A DNA stretch of 64,000 bases. Source: Bacillota bacterium. Its GTDB lineage: Bacteria; Bacillota; DTU025. The translations under genes and the position numbers were made by a program. Below, piece after piece: positions 31,182 through 38,758 of this stretch. Each line of letters starts with the position of its first letter. Position 1 is the stretch's first letter. Location: the NCBI GenBank assembly GCA_050951805.1, contig JBMNJT010000002.1, forward strand, positions 1,280,001-1,344,000, given 5' to 3'. The notes under the pieces were generated by a model. The model saw only the letters and a list, made by a program, of their open reading frames with translations, had not been told where the DNA came from and searched no databases.

Positions 31182-32243
31182 CTAGTGGACGAGTTTTCGT
31201 GCATACGCGCCTCCCGCCGCAGAGGTGAGGAAAAACTCCGGCTCCTCGTCGAACCCGCGCCCCATTGTTGAGAGTTCGATCCCCCGCTCCTTCAGTTCGT
31301 CTATGGCTCCTCCTCCAGGCGCATAAGCCAACCGATGCCCACCTGCTTTCAGTATCCCACAGAGACGTTCTTCCACCTTCCGGCGGAAGCCGTCATCCAT
31401 ATCGGAGGCCAACACGCATGTAGCCGGCGTGCAACAGACGTCCGCCAACACGGTGACTGTATGGTGACTCAATACATGATGGCGTTCCCTAGGATCGCAT
31501 CTTGAAAGCCGGGGCACTATGATTGCGCGCCCCCCCATTCTGTTGACTGCATCAGCTATGTGTGCCTGCTCTATGCCAGAAAAGCCGTATTGAGTGCCTG
31601 TTCCGACTATGCCCGGGCCCATCGCCACCACCGCTCCCTCGCACCTGCATACGGCATAGGCAGCCACAAGCGCCGACTGGACATTGACCGCCTCCAGATC
31701 GCCCCCGAAGGCGTGCCCAGCAGTAATCGAGACGTGGAATAGTCTTTCTTCTTTCAGGCGGCGAACCACCTTGCTCAAAGCGTATGGGAGCGCTGCTCCG
31801 TCCGTCATTATGTAAGCAGCCTTTCCTGAAAACCCGGCAAGGACGGGAGCCACCATCGAATGGAGCTCGCATATGACCACAGGCATGCCGTCTAGCCCCG
31901 AAAAACTGTCAATTGCCCCACGGTACGCTGGATTCTCTTCGTAGCTCCCTGTAGCCAGTTGCATCGGAGTATACCTGATCTTCATTATGTGACCAGGCAG
32001 CTGATTGCTCAAACGGTCCCTCCCCAACACCCACACAACGAAGTGAGTACCACCGCTTCCAAGTCCGAGGTCGACCGCAGTGGTGTTCACGATCACCTCA
32101 TCGCCTGGCTGTGCACTGCCTGTGATTTTAGGGTAACATATTGCCCGAACTGTACATCCATTTTCGGCCAGCTTTACCGAAAGCTCTTGTAGATCAGGAA
32201 ACTCGGAAACGACGTCCACGACCTCGGCAACCTGTGCGTTCAT
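31182..32243 (-). CDS. DUF3866 family protein
   Basis: NTTAVDLGLGSGG, GHIMKIRYTP, GHAFGGDLEAVN, MGPGIVGTGT, TMGR. Confidence 0.88.
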   Translation of the reverse strand: MNAQVAEVVDVVSEFPDLQELSVKLAENGCTVRAICYPKITGSAQPGDEVIVNTTAVDLGLGSGGTHFVVWVLGRDRLSNQLPGHIMKIRYTPMQLATGSYEENPAYRGAIDSFSGLDGMPVVICELHSMVAPVLAGFSGKAAYIMTDGAALPYALSKVVRRLKEERLFHVSITAGHAFGGDLEAVNVQSALVAAYAVCRCEGAVVAMGPGIVGTGTQYGFSGIEQAHIADAVNRMGGRAIIVPRLSRCDPRERHHVLSHHTVTVLADVCCTPATCVLASDMDDGFRRKVEERLCGILKAGGHRLAYAPGGGAIDELKERGIELSTMGRGFDEEPEFFLTSAAGGAYARKLVH

Positions 32244-32333
32244 CAACTCCCCCACCTCCACAAAGTAGCTTCCCCCTAGCGGCAAACGGTCACACAGGAC
32301 ATGGTGCTCCATGCGACAGCTGCGCGGTGGTTA

Positions 32334-32467
32334 GTGCCTAGCATCCGCAGAGCGCCGTTGGATGTATCCAATCACGAATTTGCCCCCAGGGACTGACGGC
32401 GGAAAAAGTCTGGGGGGCTGTATTTCGTGATGCTCGGCATGCCGATCCAAGCGATTCCTATGGGCAC
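32334..32467. other. Long imperfect inverted repeat (candidate structured RNA)
   Basis: Five nested complementary segments; see findings. Confidence 0.5.
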
Positions 32468-32671
32468 GCAACGTGGAAGTGAAGACATTGCTCAGGCGAT
32501 TTGCTTGCCCTCGGAAATGACAGTTGGCAGCAGAAGTAGCCGACCTGCAGCATCATGATGATTTACGTGTTTACCAAGGTCATGCCGAGAAACTCGCCTA
32601 CGCCTGCAGTTTCAGCCCGAGGTTGCGTACTTAGAGATCCAGTGTAGAACACGAATTTCCACCACAACATA

Positions 32672-32708
32672 GCCGCCTTCCGGGCCGATCATCGGCTCAG
32701 AAGGCGGC
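32672..32708 (-). terminator. GC-rich hairpin after rimO (probable terminator, weak T-tract)
   Basis: GCCGCCTTC...GAAGGCGGC enclosing GCCGAT/ATCGGC. Confidence 0.55.
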
Positions 32709-32745
32709 GCATTCTCACCTGATCTTCTATTGGCAGACCGCGCCC

Positions 32746-34098
32746 TTACACCAATACCGCCGCCAGGTCATAGTCGCTTGCGTCTTCAATTATCACATCA
32801 ACAAGTTGACCCGGCCGCAATGTTGCATCGCCTATGTATATCTTGCCATCTACATCCGGCGCTTCCGCGAAAGACCGAGCTTCCACAACGAGGTCAGACT
32901 CGTCAGACGGCCCATCCACGATCACCCGAACCTTACTGCCCACTCTAGAAAGGCCGTATTCTCGGGAGATTCGCCTCAAGGCCTCCATTGCAGCATCCCT
33001 GCGCGCCTCAGCCACGTCATCGGGAACCTGCTCAGGCATGTCGTAGGCCCGAGTGCCCTCTTCACGGGAGAACTTAAATACTCCAGCTCGCTCAGGCCTA
33101 ATTATCTTTATGAAGTCCAGTAGTTCCTCGAAATCTCTATCTGTCTCTCCGGGAAACCCCACGATGAGCGAGGTGCGTATGACGATTCCGGGCACCTGCT
33201 CCCTCAGGCGCGCAACCACTTCGATCATCTGATCGCGCGAGGCGTGTCGGTTCATGGCCCGAAGCAACCTATCTGAACCATGCTGCATCGGCAGGTCTAT
33301 GTATTTCACGATGTTTGGCGTTGACGCCATGACCTCGACAAGCTCATCGTCTATTCTGGAAGGATACGCGTACATCACCCTTATCCATTCAAGCCCCTCT
33401 ACGCGAGCGAGCTTTCGCAAGAGTTTTGCCAACGATGGCACGCCGTACAGATCCACTCCATACACGGTCGTGTCCTGGGCTATAACGATGGCTTCCCGCA
33501 TGCCGTCGGCAACTAGTTTTTCCGCCTCCCCCACTACCGCCTCTAGAGGGCGGCTCTGCACCCCACCCCGAATTGACGGGATGATGCAGTATGCACACCT
33601 GTTCGCACACCCTTCGCCGATCTTCAGGTACGCATAATGAGCAGGCGTAGTCACCACTCGAGGAGCGTCCGCCGGCTGCAGGTACCCTGGATCATCAAGA
33701 AAAGCGGGACGTCTGCCGGCAACGGCATCCTCAACAGCTTCTACGCATCGACCGAACTGTCCGGTGCCGATGATGCCATCGATCTCGGGAATCTCCCGCA
33801 TCAGTTCCACGCCGTATCTCTGTGGCAGACAGCCTGTGACAAGGAGAGCCTGCAACCTCCCATCCGCCCTTAGATCTGCATAATCCAAGATAGCATCGAC
33901 GGATTCCTGGGCTGCATCAGCAATGAAGCTGCACGTGTTTACGAGGATAACATCTGCAAGATGTTCGTCTGACACAATCTCCATTCCGGCGTCGCGAAGA
34001 AGCCCCATCATTATTTCGGTATCTACAAGATTCTTTGAACATCCAAGTGAGCAAAACGCGATCTTCGTTCCTAAGTCACCAACCTTCGACAGATCAAT
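32746..34098 (-). CDS. rimO: Ribosomal protein S12 methylthiotransferase (start codon uncertain, probably non-canonical)
   Basis: SLGCSKNLVD (upstream of the first ATG), VNTCSFI, GCLPQRY, EGCANRCAYCIIP, APDVDG in the TRAM domain. Confidence 0.93.
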   Translation of the reverse strand: MDLSKVGDLGTKIAFCSLGCSKNLVDTEIMMGLLRDAGMEIVSDEHLADVILVNTCSFIADAAQESVDAILDYADLRADGRLQALLVTGCLPQRYGVELMREIPEIDGIIGTGQFGRCVEAVEDAVAGRRPAFLDDPGYLQPADAPRVVTTPAHYAYLKIGEGCANRCAYCIIPSIRGGVQSRPLEAVVGEAEKLVADGMREAIVIAQDTTVYGVDLYGVPSLAKLLRKLARVEGLEWIRVMYAYPSRIDDELVEVMASTPNIVKYIDLPMQHGSDRLLRAMNRHASRDQMIEVVARLREQVPGIVIRTSLIVGFPGETDRDFEELLDFIKIIRPERAGVFKFSREEGTRAYDMPEQVPDDVAEARRDAAMEALRRISREYGLSRVGSKVRVIVDGPSDESDLVVEARSFAEAPDVDGKIYIGDATLRPGQLVDVIIEDASDYDLAAVLV

Positions 34099-34116
34099 GC
34101 TTCTTTGTGCAAAAGA

Positions 34117-34902
34117 TTATTTTCCTGCAATCGATTTCAGTTCTGCACGGGCCGCATCCTGATCCTTCCGAAATCCCTCCGGATCTCCCGGATCGGGCGC
34201 CATGGCGATCAGCCTGTTCAAAACGGCTCTGGCCTCATCATATTGCTTCGTCGCTATCAGGGCCCGTCCAAGAATGAGATGATGGCAGGACTCGCTTGGG
34301 TCGTATTTCACTGCCAATTTCGCCTCTTCAACAGCCTTCTGCTTATTGCCTATGGAAAGCGGAGGCCCAGGAAGCTGCAGATACAGCTCTGCCATGAGGT
34401 AATGGCAGCTTGCATGCTTCGGATCAATTTCCAACCCCTTATCCAATGCGTCCTTCGTAGGTTTTACCGAGGCAAGACTTTGCAAAATCCCCCTTATCTG
34501 TCCTTCCTGCGCAATCGAAGCTGCAAGCCAGTAATACGCGTTCGCATTCCTCGGATTGGCTTCTGTTGCCTCTTGGGCATAGGCTCGCCCCTGAGCTAGC
34601 AAGTCGAGCCTTGCCTTCTTGTCCTTTTCAGGAAGCCGCGTAGACTTGAACCAATACGCCCGTGACAACCGCCACAGAATCTCGCAATCTCCCGGTGTAG
34701 CCTTGTTGGCTTGTTCCAATCCCGCAATGATGGCATCAGCGTTTCCAGGCTCGGATCTCCTCGAGTAGAGCTGATCAGCAACTTCAATCGCCCCACGCGC
34801 CAATGTTGCATCAGCACCTGAAAGACCGACCATAGCCATACAGACGATCGCAAGGTAACATACGACTAGGACAAGCCTGTGAATGCGGTTTTGGTCCTTC
34901 AC
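34117..34902 (-). CDS. Exported TPR protein (TatT/RMD-like)
   Basis: Signal-like N-terminus after GTG 34902 (SD GGGGGTG); LWRLSRAY, AYYWLA; TPR helices. Confidence 0.8.
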   Translation of the reverse strand: MKDQNRIHRLVLVVCYLAIVCMAMVGLSGADATLARGAIEVADQLYSRRSEPGNADAIIAGLEQANKATPGDCEILWRLSRAYWFKSTRLPEKDKKARLDLLAQGRAYAQEATEANPRNANAYYWLAASIAQEGQIRGILQSLASVKPTKDALDKGLEIDPKHASCHYLMAELYLQLPGPPLSIGNKQKAVEEAKLAVKYDPSESCHHLILGRALIATKQYDEARAVLNRLIAMAPDPGDPEGFRKDQDAARAELKSIAGK

Positions 34903-34940
34903 GTCAACATTACACCCCCTGGTTTCGTAGTATTGTGAGA

Positions 34941-35210
34941 TCAGAATCGGCCCATGAGAAGAAGGACGCCTAGTATTATGAAGGCAGATCCGGCCCCTAT
35001 CCTCACCCACATGGCTGGAACATACTTGCCTATGAATCCTCCCGCAAGCACTCCGACAAGAGAGGAAACTACAAGGGCCGATGCTGAACCCAGAAAAACT
35101 GCCCAAGGCGACTTGCCTTCGGCAACCAACATCATGGTGGCCAGCTGAGTCTTGTCGCCCAACTCGGCCAGGAATACAGTGACAAATGTCGTCAACGCGA
35201 CTTTAACCAC
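34941..35210 (-). CDS. Half-size UPF0016 (GDT1/TMEM165) cation transporter
   Basis: FLAELGDKTQL motif; about 3 TM; single repeat. Confidence 0.92.
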   Translation of the reverse strand: MVKVALTTFVTVFLAELGDKTQLATMMLVAEGKSPWAVFLGSASALVVSSLVGVLAGGFIGKYVPAMWVRIGAGSAFIILGVLLLMGRF

Positions 35211-36097
35211 AACACCATCTCCTGCTGTTTAAGCCCTATGTCGAATCCCCTTCCCCGCAATACACGTCCTTGGTACCCGTGGACGGGAATATTGTGTGCG
35301 CGCGCCGTCGGCCTTGGCATTTGTTTGTCAATGGCTTCCAGAAGAACTTCACATGCTTTCTGCCTTGTTCCTTCGTCAAGTGAAGGCGTCGCGGCGAAAT
35401 CCACTATGTAGAGCCCCTCGACGGTATCGACATACAGAGCATAGGCGATTTTTTCGGAGTCTGCTCGTGCAACGAGCGCTGACAATGTGCTGCAGAACTT
35501 CGCCAGACCCGTTGGCTCGTTCTGCCAACACGGCCGTATCTCGTTAAACTCCATCACGAGTGGCAGGGCCTGAAATGAAGCCACATGGTTTAAAGTGAAA
35601 CCTTTTGGGTTCCATCTCCCAGCGCCCTTTCTGCGAGGCATTTGATTTCTTTCCCATATTCCCAGATCCCTAATGGGCACGAACCCTAGCTTGGTGTAGA
35701 GGCCTATGGCTCTGAAGTTCCGATCCACAACTTCCAGCTGTAGCGAGTTGAGACCGAGTGTCTCCGCTTCTTTCAATACTCGCCTCATGAGAAGTTCTCC
35801 GACGCCGCGTCCCTGGTAGGCTATGCGGACTCCCATTCCGCAGATATAGCCCCGTTTTCCCCGTACTCCAAGAAACACGACTCCAACGGGACGGGATCCG
35901 TAAAGAGCCACAAATGAGTGGTGCATGTATATGTCCTCACGGTCAACCAACTTGATCAGGCGCTCAGGCGTGACCACAGTCGAAACGTAATACTGGCTGT
36001 AGGCATCATTGAACAGGTCAACAAGGGAGTCCATGTCAATGTTTGCCGCCTCAGTCAACAAGTAGTCCACGCCCTTCACATGCGCTGGCTCAATCAC
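35192..36097 (-). CDS. GNAT family N-acetyltransferase
   Basis: YQGRGVG, NFRAIGLYTKLGF; length fits tandem GNAT folds. Confidence 0.88.
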   Translation of the reverse strand: MIEPAHVKGVDYLLTEAANIDMDSLVDLFNDAYSQYYVSTVVTPERLIKLVDREDIYMHHSFVALYGSRPVGVVFLGVRGKRGYICGMGVRIAYQGRGVGELLMRRVLKEAETLGLNSLQLEVVDRNFRAIGLYTKLGFVPIRDLGIWERNQMPRRKGAGRWNPKGFTLNHVASFQALPLVMEFNEIRPCWQNEPTGLAKFCSTLSALVARADSEKIAYALYVDTVEGLYIVDFAATPSLDEGTRQKACEVLLEAIDKQMPRPTARAHNIPVHGYQGRVLRGRGFDIGLKQQEMVLWLKSR

Positions 36098-38277
36098 AAT
36101 TCATCACCTGCCGCGCTCATAAGGCTTATGGCATCACACACTAGGCGGCCCAGCCCGGGCCAATCACACACATCAGGCTGCCTCTCAGCATCCTGACAGG
36201 CAGCGTCGAGGCGCGCAAGGACACTGCCGAGCGCATAGCAACGATCGGGATCACCCAAGGGATCGAAACACATGAAGGCCAAAGCCATCAGAAACATATC
36301 CCCGGCGATAGGCTTTGGGCTGCCATCGATCACCTTCGAAGCAAGACGATCCAAGCCCCCCAACACGCGATCAGGAGGGATGCACTCAGGCGCCAACTTC
36401 ACTGCCCGTTCTGCGAATGCGGGCGAGATTTTTCTGCGTCTTTTCCCCCTTACTTCAGTCGCTCTGAGGACCGCCGGACGAAGCCTGTAGTCTGCCAAAG
36501 CTTCATCGAACCGACATTCGGCTTCTGTCTGCACTGCCTTCCGGATCAGGAAACTGATAAGCTGTGCCTGCTCGGGCGCTGGAACACTCGGGCGGGCCGA
36601 GCGAAGCAGATAGTCAGCAGCCGCCAGCGCCTGTGCCGACTCTGGACTGAAGCACAAATCCTGCGGCCGGTCCGGGCCGAACAGACCGCCATCCTCAGAC
36701 TGCTCAGGCTTGTCTTCCACATTGCGCAAGGCTTTGGCAACACAACCTTCTACTTCATCATCCCAGCGCTCAAGCCGTTGTCGGATCTTCTCCAGCTGCG
36801 ATCCTTCAGCCGCTGGCGAATGCCCCGACAGGTTGTTCAGGCCGTGCGCGATATCCTCCAGAATCTGAGCAACCAGGCCGAGCAGAGCTGTTGCATGTGC
36901 GCGCTCCCGATCCCTTATAACCCAAATCAGTTCCCAAGCGGACTGCCGGGGTTGAGAAGACCTTAACATCCTCGCTATTGAACCCGCATCAAGGCTGCTC
37001 TCTGTCTGAGAGCCTCCATAGGCACAGGTGGAACTGAGCCGAGAAAGTGAACCCTCACACGCCTCAGGTGATTTCTCCGTCATGGGGAGTCCAACTTCGA
37101 TGAAAAACTCGCCCTCCGCCCATCGGGTCGATATGGGTCTGCCCTCAGCGTGGGCCAGCATCACGGCGCGGCTAATCTCCTCAGGAGGCCTCTGCCTTGA
37201 GGCCGACTTGCCAAGACTTTCCATTATATGGGGACCAACACTCTCCTTGGCCGATGCCAGGATCTGGTCCCAGCAATCTCCATCCGTCAGTATCCAACTG
37301 GTGGAACCTCCACATTCACCAGGGGCTCCGGTGGCGCCGCAGCCACCCGCAGGCCTTTCAGCAAGATGATACGCCTCTCCGATTGTCCGAACAACCTCAT
37401 TGGCACGGGCAACTAAAGAACTCAGTTCTTTCTGGATTAACCCGCGGGATGCATCATCTGGGCATGACTCCAGATCCCAAAGGACACTTTCGATTCCATC
37501 AAGAAAGCCTTCGATTTCCGATCGGGCGCCAGCCAACCCCAGAGCAACATCTGCATCATCCTGGACGGCCCTTTCCCATGCCTCTTCTGCCGCCGCGCCG
37601 ATCAGCTCCCATCCCGCAAGATCTCCTCGGCGTGCCACGTCAAAGATGCATTCCGCTAGATCCTCGACTGAACACGCGTCGATCATGTCGCCTACCGCGT
37701 GCGAAGCCTGTGTGACATCGGGTTCACGGACCGGCATCGCCAGGAATGCGCGTCGTGGCTCCCCCGCTGCCATGGCAGCAGCCACCATCCATTCTGAAAC
37801 CATTGTTCCCGCCTCTCCGGGCCCGCAATAAGGGCTTAACCGAGCCATAGCCCGCTTTGGGCGGCCTGCCGCCATCAACAAACGAGCTTCCAGAATTGCC
37901 CGCTCAATGCAGGCGTTTTCCGACGAGGAGAGAACAGTGGCAATGCACGCGGCCGTCTCTATCATGCCCCGCTCTATGCACTTCGCAGCACGCCTTGCGA
38001 TTTCGTCAGATGGCCCACGTTCGATCAGAGCTTTCACGCCCAGCGAAGAAAATGCCTTTGGCGGCAGCTCGATGAGAACCTCCTGAACCCTCGTCCATTG
38101 CCTTCCAATAGATTCATTCACTTTGGCTGAGATGCTTGGAGGCGCGTCAGAATCGATGTAGGCAAAGAGCCTATCGAGAGCTTTGGGACCGCGGCGAACC
38201 AGTTCGAAGAGGGTCTCATCAAAACGGCCGCCTTCGAGCCTGGCCAAATCGGACAAGAGTTCCTGCACACTCCTCAA
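36094..38277 (-). CDS. Hypothetical 727-aa helical protein with weak histidine-kinase-like segments
   Basis: Long ORF whose stop overlaps the GNAT start; DIAHGLNN; no confident family. Confidence 0.7.
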   Translation of the reverse strand: MRSVQELLSDLARLEGGRFDETLFELVRRGPKALDRLFAYIDSDAPPSISAKVNESIGRQWTRVQEVLIELPPKAFSSLGVKALIERGPSDEIARRAAKCIERGMIETAACIATVLSSSENACIERAILEARLLMAAGRPKRAMARLSPYCGPGEAGTMVSEWMVAAAMAAGEPRRAFLAMPVREPDVTQASHAVGDMIDACSVEDLAECIFDVARRGDLAGWELIGAAAEEAWERAVQDDADVALGLAGARSEIEGFLDGIESVLWDLESCPDDASRGLIQKELSSLVARANEVVRTIGEAYHLAERPAGGCGATGAPGECGGSTSWILTDGDCWDQILASAKESVGPHIMESLGKSASRQRPPEEISRAVMLAHAEGRPISTRWAEGEFFIEVGLPMTEKSPEACEGSLSRLSSTCAYGGSQTESSLDAGSIARMLRSSQPRQSAWELIWVIRDRERAHATALLGLVAQILEDIAHGLNNLSGHSPAAEGSQLEKIRQRLERWDDEVEGCVAKALRNVEDKPEQSEDGGLFGPDRPQDLCFSPESAQALAAADYLLRSARPSVPAPEQAQLISFLIRKAVQTEAECRFDEALADYRLRPAVLRATEVRGKRRRKISPAFAERAVKLAPECIPPDRVLGGLDRLASKVIDGSPKPIAGDMFLMALAFMCFDPLGDPDRCYALGSVLARLDAACQDAERQPDVCDWPGLGRLVCDAISLMSAAGDEL

Positions 38278-38296
38278 TTTCCTTCATCCCTCCAAG

Positions 38297-38758
38297 CTAT
38301 GGCAGCCATGTCGGTTTCCACGTCACAAACCCGAATGCACGTGCCGCATAATAGATACCTGCCACAGCCGCCACCCCTATGGCAGCTGTAACCAAGCCGC
38401 GAAGAATCGTTTTCGCCCGGCGGCTCCTCGCCTCCTCCTTGCTCTTTTGCAGCCGGTCCAGGCGCTCTTCTTCCAGCTGCTTTAGTGCGGCTGTTTCCTT
38501 GAGGAGGCAAAGCTCATTGTATCTCGCCACTACCTGCCCGCCGTCGAGCCCCACGCAATCCGCGTAATTGCGCATAAAACCCTTGAGGTATACTTCACCC
38601 GGTATGACCGCAAAGTCTCCCTGCTCTATGGCCTCCAAGTACTTCGACCTAATCTTGGTCGCCTCGCTCACTTCTTCCAGGCTCATGCCACTGGCCTCGC
38701 GTGCCTCCCTAAGGAGCACACCGATTTCGTTCAACGGCAACACCCCCGCGCCCCTCAT
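38297..38758 (-). CDS. rodZ: RodZ-like HTH membrane protein (short form)
   Basis: IGVLLREARE, TKIRSKYLEAIE, YLKGFMRNYA; one TM helix; follows ftsK. Confidence 0.8.
   Translation of the reverse strand: MRGAGVLPLNEIGVLLREAREASGMSLEEVSEATKIRSKYLEAIEQGDFAVIPGEVYLKGFMRNYADCVGLDGGQVVARYNELCLLKETAALKQLEEERLDRLQKSKEEARSRRAKTILRGLVTAAIGVAAVAGIYYAARAFGFVTWKPTWLP

Noticed and set aside
32334-32467. Assignment of the rod as 6S or SRP RNA
   Set aside because: Too short for 6S and without a clear central bubble; lacks the SRP CAGG..GGAA..AGCAG motif. Kept only as an unclassified candidate.
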